The notes: a model not told the origin generated them from the letters alone. A stretch of DNA of 64,000 nucleotides from Candidatus Multivoradales bacterium (GCA_965223855.1 CBDCXM010000009.1:2464001-2528000), one strand, 5' to 3'; positions 1-8,868 are shown, counted from the stretch's first letter. Translations and numbers: made by a program.

Positions 1-260
1 GTCGAGGGGCCGGTGTAGGGCGTCGTCGGTGCCGGGCCGACCACCCCGACTCCCAGTGTCACCCCCGCGTCGGCGGGCACTACGTGGGCGTAGGGGGTTC
101 GCGTCTCGACGCTCCAGCCGCTCGTGTCGCCGCTCTCGAAGCCGTCGGCGAAGATCAAGGTCGAACGACAGTCCTGGGCCCGGGCGCTCGACGCCGGGGC
201 CACAGCGAGGAGCGACGCGACGATCCACGTGGTCGTTCGGGCACGAGTTCGGCAGGACAT
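1..260 (-). CDS. Secreted protein, 5' part only (runs off window), with N-terminal IFADGFESGDTSGWS tag
   Basis: Not in ORF track. Manual translation from ATG at 260 gives MSCRTRARTTTWIVASLLAVAPASSARA|QDCRSTLIFADGFESGDTSGWSVETRTPYAHVVPADAGVTLGVGVVGPAPTTPYTGPS..., a Sec signal with A-R-A cleavage site, open to base 1. Confidence 0.8.
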   Translation of the reverse strand, partial: MSCRTRARTTTWIVASLLAVAPASSARAQDCRSTLIFADGFESGDTSGWSVETRTPYAHVVPADAGVTLGVGVVGPAPTTPYTGPS

Positions 261-390
261 CGGCCGAGACTAGCTATCGCGCCCCAGTCCCGATTGTGGA
301 AAATGACCAGTCGGGGCCGATCGGGACGCCTTTCGGCGGGAACTTTCCCGCGCCGGAGTCGTTGGTTCCTCGACAACGGAGGATGCACTC

Positions 391-1710
391 ATGAGTCGCA
401 GCTTTGTCGTTTCCGTTTCGCCGCGCCGGGTCTGCCGCGGTGCTCTTCTTGCGATCGTGCTGCTGGGCGCGACGGCGCTGCCTGCCGGAACGGTCGAGGA
501 GCTGCTCCATCGAGGGAGCCTCGAGGAGGCCGAGCGCCTGATGGAGCGATCCTCGAAGGAGGCGGCAGGTGACGCACTGGCGTCCGGCAGGCTGGCCCTC
601 TACGGTAATCGACTCGACCTGGCCGAGCGCTACCTCACGAGCGCTCTCGAGTCCGCAACTTCGGACGGCGATCCTTCGCGGGCCGATGCCGCCCGGGCTC
701 TGGCGGAGGTTCATTCACGACGTGGAGAGTTCGGCGCCGCCGCTTCGCTCCTCGAGGAGGTGCATCCGGCCGCGGCGTCACAGCTGAGGAGCTTCGGCGG
801 CCGGACTCCCTACGCCCTGAGCGAGGCGTCGCCGCGATCGAGCCGGATTCCGTTCGTGCAGACCGACCCGCTGCCGCTGCTCGAGGCCCGTATCGACGGC
901 GGGGACCCCGTCTATCTGCTGCTCGATACCGGTGCCGGGCAGTTGATCCTCGACAGCGAGTTCGCGGCCGAGCGCGGCCTCGCGACCTTCGGCAGTGGAA
1001 GCGGCACCGTCGCCGGTGGTCAGCAGGCGGAGTACGAGCTCGGGGCGATCCGCTCGCTCGGGCTGGGTGAGTGGACGCTCGAGGACCTGCCGGTGAAGAT
1101 CCTGCCCACGCGACGACTGGCTCCAGTGGCTGGAGGGAGGACGGTCGACGGGATTCTCGGCACCCACGTGCTCTCCCGCTTCAGGGCGACGATCGACTAT
1201 CCGGGAGGGGTGCTCCTCCTGCAGCGACTCGGGGAAGGGGAGTCGCCGAACATTCCCGACTGCGCCTTCGAGATGCCTTTCTGGATGGCCGGCGATCACT
1301 TCCTGCTGGCCCGGGGCACGGTGGGCGATCTCGAGCCGGGTCTCTTCCTCGTCGACACCGGTCTCGCGGGACCGGCCTTCGCGGCGCCGCGATCGACCCT
1401 CGAGGCGCTCGGTGTCGAGCTCGAGGAGACGCCTGCGATGGAGGGGCTCGGCGGAGCGGGCAAGGTGTCGGTGAAGCCGTTCGACCTCGACCGCCTGAGC
1501 CTGGGGGCGGTCGAGCGGCAAGGACTCGTGGGCCTCGCCGGAGCCTTTCCGGAGAGCCTCCCGCAGTCCCTCGGCTTGCCGGTCGTCGGCCTGATCTCCC
1601 ATGCCTTCTTCCGCCCCTACGCGCTCTCCTTCGATTTCGGCTCGATGCGCCTTCGGATGACGCCCGAGGGTTGCAGGGCTCCAGTCAGCGAGTCGGGGGC
1701 AGAGGGGTGA
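391..1710 (+). CDS. Exported aspartyl protease: TPR-like N-terminus plus two retropepsin-like domains
   Basis: Signal peptide, helical repeats, catalytic motifs LLDTGA and LVDTGL, DGILG and GLIS motifs; GGAGG RBS upstream. Confidence 0.85.
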   Translation: MSRSFVVSVSPRRVCRGALLAIVLLGATALPAGTVEELLHRGSLEEAERLMERSSKEAAGDALASGRLALYGNRLDLAERYLTSALESATSDGDPSRADAARALAEVHSRRGEFGAAASLLEEVHPAAASQLRSFGGRTPYALSEASPRSSRIPFVQTDPLPLLEARIDGGDPVYLLLDTGAGQLILDSEFAAERGLATFGSGSGTVAGGQQAEYELGAIRSLGLGEWTLEDLPVKILPTRRLAPVAGGRTVDGILGTHVLSRFRATIDYPGGVLLLQRLGEGESPNIPDCAFEMPFWMAGDHFLLARGTVGDLEPGLFLVDTGLAGPAFAAPRSTLEALGVELEETPAMEGLGGAGKVSVKPFDLDRLSLGAVERQGLVGLAGAFPESLPQSLGLPVVGLISHAFFRPYALSFDFGSMRLRMTPEGCRAPVSESGAEG

Positions 1711-1777
1711 GGATGACGGCCGCGGTGTAGGCTTCCTCGCGAGGGTCGTCCGACCCGCTTTACGAGAGGAGCCGCCC

Positions 1778-2152
1778 ATGCGTCTGGGACATTTTTCGAT
1801 CAGCCTCGCCGTCAGTGACCTGGCCGCTTCGCGCGCCTTCTACGAAGCGCTCGGCTTCACGAAGAGCGGCGGCGAGCCCGAGCAGGGTTGGCTGATCCTG
1901 CAGAACGGCGACAGCACCCTGGGACTGTTCCAGGGGATGTTCGAGGAGAACATCCTCACCTTCAACCCGGGCTGGGACGCGCAGTGCAACCGGCTCGAGG
2001 AGTTCGACGATGTGCGCGACATCCAGCGCCGCCTGAAGGAGCACGGCATCGCCCTCGCCAGCGAAGCGGACGAGTCGTCGACCGGTCCGGCCAGCCTGAC
2101 GGTCAAAGACCCCGACGGCAACGTGGTGTTGATCGATCAGCATGTCGATTGA
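1778..2152 (+). CDS. VOC/glyoxalase family protein
   Basis: SLAVSDLAASRAFYEALGF ... KDPDGNVVLIDQH; GAGGAG RBS. Confidence 0.9.
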   Translation: MRLGHFSISLAVSDLAASRAFYEALGFTKSGGEPEQGWLILQNGDSTLGLFQGMFEENILTFNPGWDAQCNRLEEFDDVRDIQRRLKEHGIALASEADESSTGPASLTVKDPDGNVVLIDQHVD

Positions 2153-2585
2153 CTCCGGAGTGCGAGCGGTGAGTTCGGCGCGGCGAAGCCTGCAGCTCGA
2201 AGAGCTGGAGGGGCGCTACGCGGTCTGCCGGCTCGACGCGGCGGCCGCGGTCCCCGACTGGGCGCACGGTGAGCTGTGTTCGATCACCCGCACCGCCGAC
2301 GAGCTGTCGATCGTCACCCTCGAGGAAGGGATCCCGGGCTCGGTCGAGGCGGACGGAGACTGGACGGTCTTCAAGCTTCTCGGACGGTTTCATTTCTCGG
2401 AGATCGGCATCCTGCAGTCGTTCGCCGAGCCTCTGGCGGCGGTGGGAATAGGGATCTTCGTGCTCTCGACCTTCGATACCGACTATCTGATGGTCAAGCA
2501 CCAGGTGCGCCATAAGGCTGCCCGGGTCCTCGAGCGTGCCGGTCACACGGTGCGTTTGCGCGCCGTCGACCCCAGCCCGGCCTGA
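2142..2585 (+). CDS. ACT-domain (CASTOR/ACT_7-like) amino-acid-binding protein
   Basis: SITRTADELSIV and GILQSFAEPLAAVGIGIFVLSTFDTDYLMV motifs; start uncertain. Confidence 0.85.
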   Translation: MSIDSGVRAVSSARRSLQLEELEGRYAVCRLDAAAAVPDWAHGELCSITRTADELSIVTLEEGIPGSVEADGDWTVFKLLGRFHFSEIGILQSFAEPLAAVGIGIFVLSTFDTDYLMVKHQVRHKAARVLERAGHTVRLRAVDPSPA

Positions 2586-2642
2586 CGCGGAGACTCAGGG
2601 TGCGGGACTCGGGGTGCCGGCCTGCCGCGTGAGAACAGCAGG

Positions 2643-3983
2643 CTAGGCGTTCGGGTCGGGGGAGGTACCCATGATCTGGTCGAGCGTCAGCCCGCGCGAG
2701 CGCTCGATCCGGCGCCGTCGGCGCTCGAACTGGTCGGCGGCGAAGTCGGTGAAGGGGTCGAGCTCGAGACCGAACGGGACGTCGGGAAGGTACTGGTCGA
2801 ACACCTCCTGAACGATTCCGAGCGCCGGCTCGAGGAGCGCCTCCATCGTCGCCTCGATCGTCCGCCACACCGGCTCGCCGTGCTCGGCGACCAGCCGGGA
2901 CAGGAGGAAGACGCCGTATGCCAGGTGACGCGACTCGTCGGCCTGCAGGTGCCGCACGAGCGTTTGCATCCCGGGAAGGATGCTGCGCTCTTCCAGGATC
3001 GAGTAGTAGGTGTGGTAGCCGGTCTCGGCGAGCACACCCTCGACGATCATGTTGTAGGTGGTCGACGCTTCGGCGACTGCGTGGGGTGAGGCGTCGGTGC
3101 GGAGCCTCCCCATCGCCTCGGGCAGTGCATCGCTGAAAATCCGCGCGTGGCTCGGCGTCAGCAGTTCCTCGAGACCCGTCGGGCTCCCGGCCACCTCATC
3201 GAAGAATCGTCGGAACGTCTCGACGTGCTTTGCCTCCTCCCACAAGAACGAGGTCAGGTACATCTCCTCCTCGAGTCGCTCCTCGGCCGCCACCACCTGG
3301 ATCAACGGCAGCAGGTCGAGGGCGACCGACTCTTCGCCGGCGCCGAACAGGGTGGCGAGCTGGAGAAGGAGGCGCTGCTCGCCGGGGTCGAGCTCGAGCC
3401 AGTCGCTCCGATCGCGGGTGAGGTCGACGTCGGTCGGGTTCCAGATGCCGTGGCGCTTGGCCTTCTGCCACAGCACCATCGGCGGAGACTCACGGGCCAG
3501 TCCCTCCCCGCTCAGGCTCCGATAGGAGCGGTGGACGGTTGCGGCCTCGCCGCGCGCACCCGCCTCCTGGCCCGGGTCGGGGAACGTCGTTCGGAGGCTT
3601 CGGGCGCAGGCGACCAGCTCCCTCGCTGCGGCGGTGTGGGGTACCAGCTCGATCAGCCGCCCCCTTTCGACGAGGATCCGCTTCTGAAGCAGAGCCGGGA
3701 TGGCGCCGATCTCTCCTTCGAGCACCGCTTTCCAGGTGGCGAGCGGCGCTTCGAGCAGGAAACGGGCGGTTCGCCGATCTTCATCGGTGGCTCTCCGGGC
3801 CGCTCGGCACTCGCCCTGCTCGAGGTCGAGGAAGACGGCCTCTTCGGGGGCGCCGGCCCGGGCGAGGACGAGCGAACCCCGCCAGCGGCTGGCGGCTCGA
3901 CGGTAGGCGTCGCTGCCCCTGAGGGCGACGCCCAGCTTCTCGGCCCAGTCGTCCGAGAACACTCGGGAAGCTTCGGCGGACAT
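2643..3983 (-). CDS. SCP2 sterol/lipid-carrier domain fused to R2-like ligand-binding oxidase (R2lox, Mn/Fe ferritin-like), 446 aa
   Basis: N-terminus FSDDWA...VFLDLEQGEC...TWKAVLEGEIGAIPAL (SCP2). C-terminus GIWNP, AGEESVALDLLP, EEAKH, YNMIVEGVLAETGY, DESRH (R2lox). Start re-picked at ATG 3983. Confidence 0.85.
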   Translation of the reverse strand: MSAEASRVFSDDWAEKLGVALRGSDAYRRAASRWRGSLVLARAGAPEEAVFLDLEQGECRAARRATDEDRRTARFLLEAPLATWKAVLEGEIGAIPALLQKRILVERGRLIELVPHTAAARELVACARSLRTTFPDPGQEAGARGEAATVHRSYRSLSGEGLARESPPMVLWQKAKRHGIWNPTDVDLTRDRSDWLELDPGEQRLLLQLATLFGAGEESVALDLLPLIQVVAAEERLEEEMYLTSFLWEEAKHVETFRRFFDEVAGSPTGLEELLTPSHARIFSDALPEAMGRLRTDASPHAVAEASTTYNMIVEGVLAETGYHTYYSILEERSILPGMQTLVRHLQADESRHLAYGVFLLSRLVAEHGEPVWRTIEATMEALLEPALGIVQEVFDQYLPDVPFGLELDPFTDFAADQFERRRRRIERSRGLTLDQIMGTSPDPNA

Positions 3984-4062
3984 CGCCCCATCGTATCCGT
4001 CCCGGTAGCACCGCCGGTGTGGGGGTACCGGTGGCGGGCAGTGCGTGAGAAGTTCAGGCTCG

Positions 4063-4506
4063 ATGGAAGGAGCCCGGTTCAGAATCCGGCGAGCCAAACC
4101 GAGCGATCTGCCGTCGCTGCGACGGCTGGCAGAAGAGCTCAGCGCAGCTGCGCCTCGTGAGACGGTCGAGGCGATCCTCGGCGCAGGGAGGCCGGCGTCC
4201 CAGGAGATCTTCGTGGCCGACGGGGTAGAGCTCCTCGGCTGGATTCACGTCATCGAGGCCGATCGGCTTACGGTAGGCGGCATGGCGGAGGTCGTGGGGC
4301 TGGTGGTTCGAGAGGACGAACGCCGCGCAGGGGTAGGCGGCAGCCTCGTCGACGCCGCCCGAAGCTGGGCACGGCGAAGAGGCCGCACCCGGCTGCGGGT
4401 CAGGGTGCGCAGGGAGCGGGCTTCGGCGCGGCGCTTCTACGAAGCCCTGGGGTTCGAGACGAAGAAGCGACAGGTCGTGCTCGACCTGCCGCTCGACTCC
4501 GGGTAG
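4063..4506 (+). CDS. GNAT family N-acetyltransferase
   Basis: LVVREDERRAGVGGSLV acetyl-CoA motif and ARRFYEALGF; ATG at 4063. Confidence 0.85.
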   Translation: MEGARFRIRRAKPSDLPSLRRLAEELSAAAPRETVEAILGAGRPASQEIFVADGVELLGWIHVIEADRLTVGGMAEVVGLVVREDERRAGVGGSLVDAARSWARRRGRTRLRVRVRRERASARRFYEALGFETKKRQVVLDLPLDSG

Positions 4507-4517
4507 CGGGAGACGCG

Positions 4518-4929
4518 GTGTCGAGGCATCGATGGGAAACACCACTCGCCTGGATCTCGCTCGCCACCCTGGCGGTCTATGCGCCCGCCGAAACCTACGC
4601 CTCGCGACACGATCTCGGCGATCCGAACTATCTGGTCGATGTCGTGGCGATGCCTGCTCCTGCTCCTTGCCGGGGTGCGCTCACTGCGGGCGAAACCGGC
4701 CTCCGGTGTGGCGTTCCTGACCGCGGCCTGGGGATGGTGTGGCGCTCTCGCCTGGCGCAGCTACTTCCTGCGGGTGGTCTCGCGCGAGCGCGAGCTCGGC
4801 ATCTACGCACCCGGGCAGGAGTGGCAGGAGACCGTGCTCGGGTGGGCCCTCCTCTACTCGCTGGCGGTCCTGTGCGCCTGTCTGTGGCTCGCCTGGCGGG
4901 GTGGGCGGCCGGGCGCCGGCGAGCGCTGA
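4518..4929 (+). pseudogene. Small multi-pass membrane protein split by a frameshift near 4653 (pseudogene or sequencing error)
   Basis: Frame 4518 reads WISLATLAVYAPAETY...YLVDVVAM. The hydrophobic sequence then continues in the 4579 frame (LLLLAGVRSL...LWLAWRGG) after ATG-C-CTG; removing one base gives a 136-aa ORF. Confidence 0.6.
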
Positions 4930-5079
4930 GCCTGAGCCGGCCGCCGGTCCGAGCTCGGCATCGAGACGGCTGACCAGGTGTCTCCAGGCGAGATAGTAGA
5001 ACGCTGGTCGAACTGCCGCTGCGCGGCGTGAGGTCCCGGCGGCTGGCCACGGCGACGGCTCCGGGGCACTATTGGCGGC

Positions 5080-5553
5080 ATGAGCGATCGATGGAAACTC
5101 GTCGTGGCCCTCGCGCTGCCGCTTCTCGTGGGTGCGCTGTCGGGAGCCGCGACGACCGAAGGGGTCCAGAGCTGGTATCCGGGCCTCGAGAAGCCCGCCT
5201 TCAACCCTCCATCGTGGGTCTTCGGCCCGGTCTGGACCTTGCTCTACCTGATGATGGGGTTCGCGGCCTTCCGCATCTGGAGGCGTGCCGGCTCGACTTC
5301 CGGGGTCAGGCTCGCCCTCGCGCTCTTCTGCTGCCAACTGGTGCTCAACGGCCTCTGGTCGATCCTCTTCTTCGGGCTCCGCGCTCCGGGGTGGGCCTTC
5401 GCCGAGATCGTGGCGCTGTGGTTGGCGATCGTCGCGACCATCTGGAGCTTTCGCCGCGTCGAGGCGGCAAGCGTCTGGTGGCTCCTGCCGTACCTCGCGT
5501 GGGTGTCCTTCGCCGCCGTCCTCAACTACTCGCTGTGGACGTTGAACTCATGA
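5080..5553 (+). CDS. tspO: TspO/MBR tryptophan-rich sensory protein
   Basis: WYPGLEKPAFNPPSWVFGPVWTLLY, LNGLWSILFFG, PYLAWVSFA. Confidence 0.95.
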   Translation: MSDRWKLVVALALPLLVGALSGAATTEGVQSWYPGLEKPAFNPPSWVFGPVWTLLYLMMGFAAFRIWRRAGSTSGVRLALALFCCQLVLNGLWSILFFGLRAPGWAFAEIVALWLAIVATIWSFRRVEAASVWWLLPYLAWVSFAAVLNYSLWTLNS

Positions 5554-6039
5554 TGGCGGCGTGGAGCGGTCGCGGCGGGCCGAGTCGTGCTCGTCGAGAG
5601 AGGTGGCGATCATCGTCGCCTGCATCTGGAGCACCCGGCGACGGTTTCCCGCAGCCTCGGCCCACACCTCGCCGGTGCAGGCGGTGAGAGTCCGTCCGGG
5701 GCGCAGCACCCGACCGACGGCGACGAAGCGGTCGCCGACGGCGGGGGAGAGCAGGTTGACTTTGAACTCGACCGACAACACCTCCTGCTCGGCGGCCATC
5801 AGCGAGAAGGCGGCGTAGCCGCACGCGCTGTCGGCCACCGCGGTGATCGCCGCCGCGTGCAGGAAGCCGTGCTGCTGGGTCAGGGCTTCCGAGTAGGGCA
5901 GTGCGATCTCCACCTCGCCGGCTCGCACCGAGATCAGCTCAGCTCCCAGCAGAGCCATCATCTTCTGCCGCGCGAAGCTCTCGCGAACGCGCGCCTCGAA
6001 AGCGGGGTTTCGCGGCTGGAAGAGTGTCGGATCGGCCAT
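5548..6039 (-). CDS. PaaI family thioesterase
   Basis: QQHGFLHAAAITAVADSACGYAA, SVEFKVNLLSPA; start re-picked at ATG 6039. Confidence 0.9.
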   Translation of the reverse strand: MADPTLFQPRNPAFEARVRESFARQKMMALLGAELISVRAGEVEIALPYSEALTQQHGFLHAAAITAVADSACGYAAFSLMAAEQEVLSVEFKVNLLSPAVGDRFVAVGRVLRPGRTLTACTGEVWAEAAGNRRRVLQMQATMIATSLDEHDSARRDRSTPPS

Positions 6040-6110
6040 GGCGCTTCGCGACGGGAGGGTGGTCGCTGCCCCGATCCTGAGCCGGGGAACCCAGTCGCCT
6101 TGTGGGCACC

Positions 6111-7058
6111 TTACAGGCTGGGACCCGAGGTCGTCGTTGGGCCCTGCCGGTCCCAGTGTCGGCGCAAGGACGCCATCACATCTTCGAGGCGGCCGAAGAT
6201 CACGTCGAGATGGTCTTCGCCGTCGAAGAAGCGAGCGTCGCACCCCGGCACAGCGGCGGCGACAAAGCGCGCCATCGCCACCGGCACATGGACGTCCTGC
6301 GTCCCGTGCCAGAGCACAACCCTGTCGGGAGCAAGGGCGTCGAGCGGGAAGCCCCACGGCCGGGTGAACAGGTAGGCGTCGAAGGCCGCGCCGCGACTTC
6401 CCTGGCGAAAGGCCTCGAGAGTCTCTTCCACATAGAGGCGCGCCACTTCCGGCCGGCGTCGACTCTCGGGGAGAGCGCGGGCGAAACCCTCTACCACCCG
6501 CTCGAGCTTGCCGCCGTCGTCGAGAGCTCGTCGATGCCGGCCGAGGGCGAGATAGAGCAGGGGGCGCACGAGGCCGGGGGCGAGTCCCGCGAGCCGGAAC
6601 TGCAGTCGATTGGCCGGCATCATGCCGCGGGTACCCAGGGGGTCGATCGGGCCGAGCCCGGCGAGCACGCCACAGCTTCTCACCCGATCGGGTAGCGCAT
6701 GCAGCGAGGCCAGGGCATACGGGCCTCCGCCCGAAGGGCCGAGCACTCCGAACTGCTCGAGCTCCAGGGCATCGGCGACTCGTGCCGCGTCTCCGGGCCA
6801 GGCGGCGAGATGGCGCCGGGGTTCGAAGTCCGACCGGCCCATGCCGGGTCGGTCGATCCCGATCAGTCGGATGCCGGCGCGCCGGGCGGCCTGGTGGGCG
6901 ATCGACACTTCCAGTCTCGAACCGGGATGGCCGTGGCAGTGGAGGAACGGAGCGCCCTCGGGATCTCCCGCTTCGGCGAAGGCGATGCGCCGACCGTCGG
7001 GAAGGGTGAGCCGTCCGGCTTGCTCACGAAGGGGTTCGTCGAGCGTGAGTCTGTTCAT
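6111..7058 (-). CDS. Alpha/beta hydrolase
   Basis: HGHPGSR, DRPGMG, nucleophile elbow GPSGGG, WHGTQDVHVP, EDH; GAGGAG RBS. Confidence 0.9.
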   Translation of the reverse strand: MNRLTLDEPLREQAGRLTLPDGRRIAFAEAGDPEGAPFLHCHGHPGSRLEVSIAHQAARRAGIRLIGIDRPGMGRSDFEPRRHLAAWPGDAARVADALELEQFGVLGPSGGGPYALASLHALPDRVRSCGVLAGLGPIDPLGTRGMMPANRLQFRLAGLAPGLVRPLLYLALGRHRRALDDGGKLERVVEGFARALPESRRRPEVARLYVEETLEAFRQGSRGAAFDAYLFTRPWGFPLDALAPDRVVLWHGTQDVHVPVAMARFVAAAVPGCDARFFDGEDHLDVIFGRLEDVMASLRRHWDRQGPTTTSGPSL

Positions 7059-7116
7059 CGTCGATTCTCCTCTCGAAGCGCAGTGGGCCGGAGGGGCCGG
7101 CCCCGCTCGTCGAAGA

Positions 7117-7181
7117 GGTCTACGCCTCCGGTTCGGCTGCCGATCCGGAGGTGGGACCGGTGGTTCGTGTCGCGGGACGAA
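7117..7181 (-). promoter_or_regulatory. Putative LytTR operator (TTCGTCCCG-N12-CCGGTCCCA) and -10 region upstream of the hydrolase
   Basis: Repeats at 7181-7173 and 7160-7152 (21-bp period); TAGACC begins 30 nt after repeat 2; same architecture as at 8025-8089. Confidence 0.65.
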
Positions 7182-7200
7182 CGACAGGGACCGTACATCG

Positions 7201-8025
7201 TCAGGGGACGGACTGTGCGTCGAGGTAGGCGGCCACGGAGTCGCGATGACTGCGGCTCACCGGGACGCGAGCGTCGCCCCGGACTTCGAGGGTCCAGCTT
7301 CCTCCGCTCCGATCGAGGCCGTCTATGGCGTTGCCGGCGACGAGGAAGCTTCGGTGAACCCGCACGAAGCCGGGTCCCAGACGCGCTTCGAGCGCTGCCA
7401 GCGACGACCGGACGGTGAAGCGGCGCCCTCCGGCGTGAACCAGCACGTAGTTGCGGGCCGCCTCGAGGTGGGTCACCCGGTCGAGCCGCAGGTAGCGGCT
7501 GCCCTGGGGTGTCTGAACTTCGAGGTTGCCCGGAGAGCTGGTAGCCGCCTCGGCCGTCCTGCGTCGAGCGAACGCCTGATAGGCGACGATCAGTGCGACG
7601 ATGACGAAGTAGATCTTGACGTCCTTCTTGTACTCGAACCACAGGTTGGGCAGGAACGGGCCGGGGGTGTAGGCGCGGCCGACGAAGCCGTAGACGACGG
7701 CTCGAAGCCCGAGCATCAGGGCGTAGTGACCGGCGGCGAACCCGACCGATCCCAGCAGGTGCGTTCCCGCAGTACGCAGTGGGCGCTCCGGTTCGACGGG
7801 GAAGCGACGCACCCAGGCGACGACGAAGGCGATCATCAGGAGAGCGGCCAGGGCGCTCGTCCCCTGCTCGGTGAAGAGGCGCAGGTCCGAGAGCCCCTGT
7901 CCGGTGCGCCCGCGGACGTCGAGCTTGGTCAGGGTGTCGAGGGTCCAGAAGAACGCCACGGCCGCCGTCCACGCGGCGACCTGCCACCAGGCGAAGCCGG
8001 ATCGGCTGTCGGGTCCTTTTGACAT
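7201..8025 (-). CDS. Membrane-anchored one-component LytTR DNA-binding protein (about 4 TM helices, no receiver domain), 274 aa
   Basis: Hydrophobic N-terminal segments; C-terminal LEAARNYVLVH, FVRVHRSFLV, VPVSRSHR; start re-picked at ATG 8025. Confidence 0.88.
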   Translation of the reverse strand: MSKGPDSRSGFAWWQVAAWTAAVAFFWTLDTLTKLDVRGRTGQGLSDLRLFTEQGTSALAALLMIAFVVAWVRRFPVEPERPLRTAGTHLLGSVGFAAGHYALMLGLRAVVYGFVGRAYTPGPFLPNLWFEYKKDVKIYFVIVALIVAYQAFARRRTAEAATSSPGNLEVQTPQGSRYLRLDRVTHLEAARNYVLVHAGGRRFTVRSSLAALEARLGPGFVRVHRSFLVAGNAIDGLDRSGGSWTLEVRGDARVPVSRSHRDSVAAYLDAQSVP

Positions 8026-8089
8026 TCGTCCCGGATGGAGGTCGGTTGGTCCCAGATGTGAGGTAGGTGAGCCTCGGGAGCAGTATAAG
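8025..8089 (+). promoter_or_regulatory. Putative LytTR operator (TTCGTCCCG-N12-TTGGTCCCA) and -10 (TATAAG) upstream of the DUF2268 gene
   Basis: TTCGTCCCGGATG at 8025 and TTGGTCCCAGATG at 8046 (11/13 identical, 21-bp period); TATAAG at 8084; GGAGGT RBS at 8096. Confidence 0.7.
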
Positions 8090-8106
8090 CAGGTCGGAGG
8101 TGACAG

Positions 8107-8868
8107 ATGACACGAACGCACGTTCTCGACGCCCTGACCTTGAATCTGCTGCGGAGAGTCGCAGCTCTCGCAATCGTCGCGACCCTCGCGGCGTGCGGCG
8201 GCGGTTCGCCGACCGAGCCGCCCTCGACGCACCAGCCGACGTCCGGGATCGGCATCGCCTTCCGGGACGGCGGCCGCCATGCCGATCGGGTCCCCCTGAT
8301 CGAGACGCTCGTCGTCGAAGCCTTCGATCGTTCGAGAGGGCTGATCGCGATCGACGGTATCGGCGTGACGATCACGGCCGGACCGAACCTGATCCCCCGG
8401 GGATGGCGGGTCGGAGGCCGCGCTGACGGGCCACGAGCCGTCACTCTGGCCGTCGACCCATCGGCGACCGACGACGAGATCGCGCGTCAGCTCCCTTCGA
8501 TCGCCGCCCACGAGTTTCACCACGTGGCGAGAATTCGCGGAGTCGGCTACGGCTCGACGCTGCTCGAGGCGATGGTGTCGGAGGGGTTGGCCGACCACTT
8601 CGCCTCGGACGTCTACGCCGAGCCGCTACCGCCCTGGGCGATCGCGCTGTCGGACCCGGAGATCGCCGCATGGATCGCTCGTGCCCGCCCCGACTTCGAC
8701 TCTTCGAGCTACTCCCACTCCGCCTGGTTCTTTGGCTCGACGCCGGCAATCCCGATGTGGACCGGCTACACGCTTGGGTACCGGCTGGTGGACGACTACC
8801 GCGAGGCTCATCCGGGGAGCACGGGAGCGAGTCTCGTCAACGCGCCGGCCCGATGGTTCCGGCCGTGA
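8107..8868 (+). CDS. DUF2268-type putative Zn-dependent protease lipoprotein
   Basis: Lipobox LAAC; AHEFHH, LLEAMVSEGLADHF, WTGYTLGYRLV. Confidence 0.85.
   Translation: MTRTHVLDALTLNLLRRVAALAIVATLAACGGGSPTEPPSTHQPTSGIGIAFRDGGRHADRVPLIETLVVEAFDRSRGLIAIDGIGVTITAGPNLIPRGWRVGGRADGPRAVTLAVDPSATDDEIARQLPSIAAHEFHHVARIRGVGYGSTLLEAMVSEGLADHFASDVYAEPLPPWAIALSDPEIAAWIARARPDFDSSSYSHSAWFFGSTPAIPMWTGYTLGYRLVDDYREAHPGSTGASLVNAPARWFRP

Noticed and set aside
2643-3530. Class I ribonucleotide reductase beta subunit (nrdB/nrdF)
   Set aside because: The motifs fit R2lox, no nrdA/nrdE is adjacent, and the SCP2 fusion argues against an RNR role.
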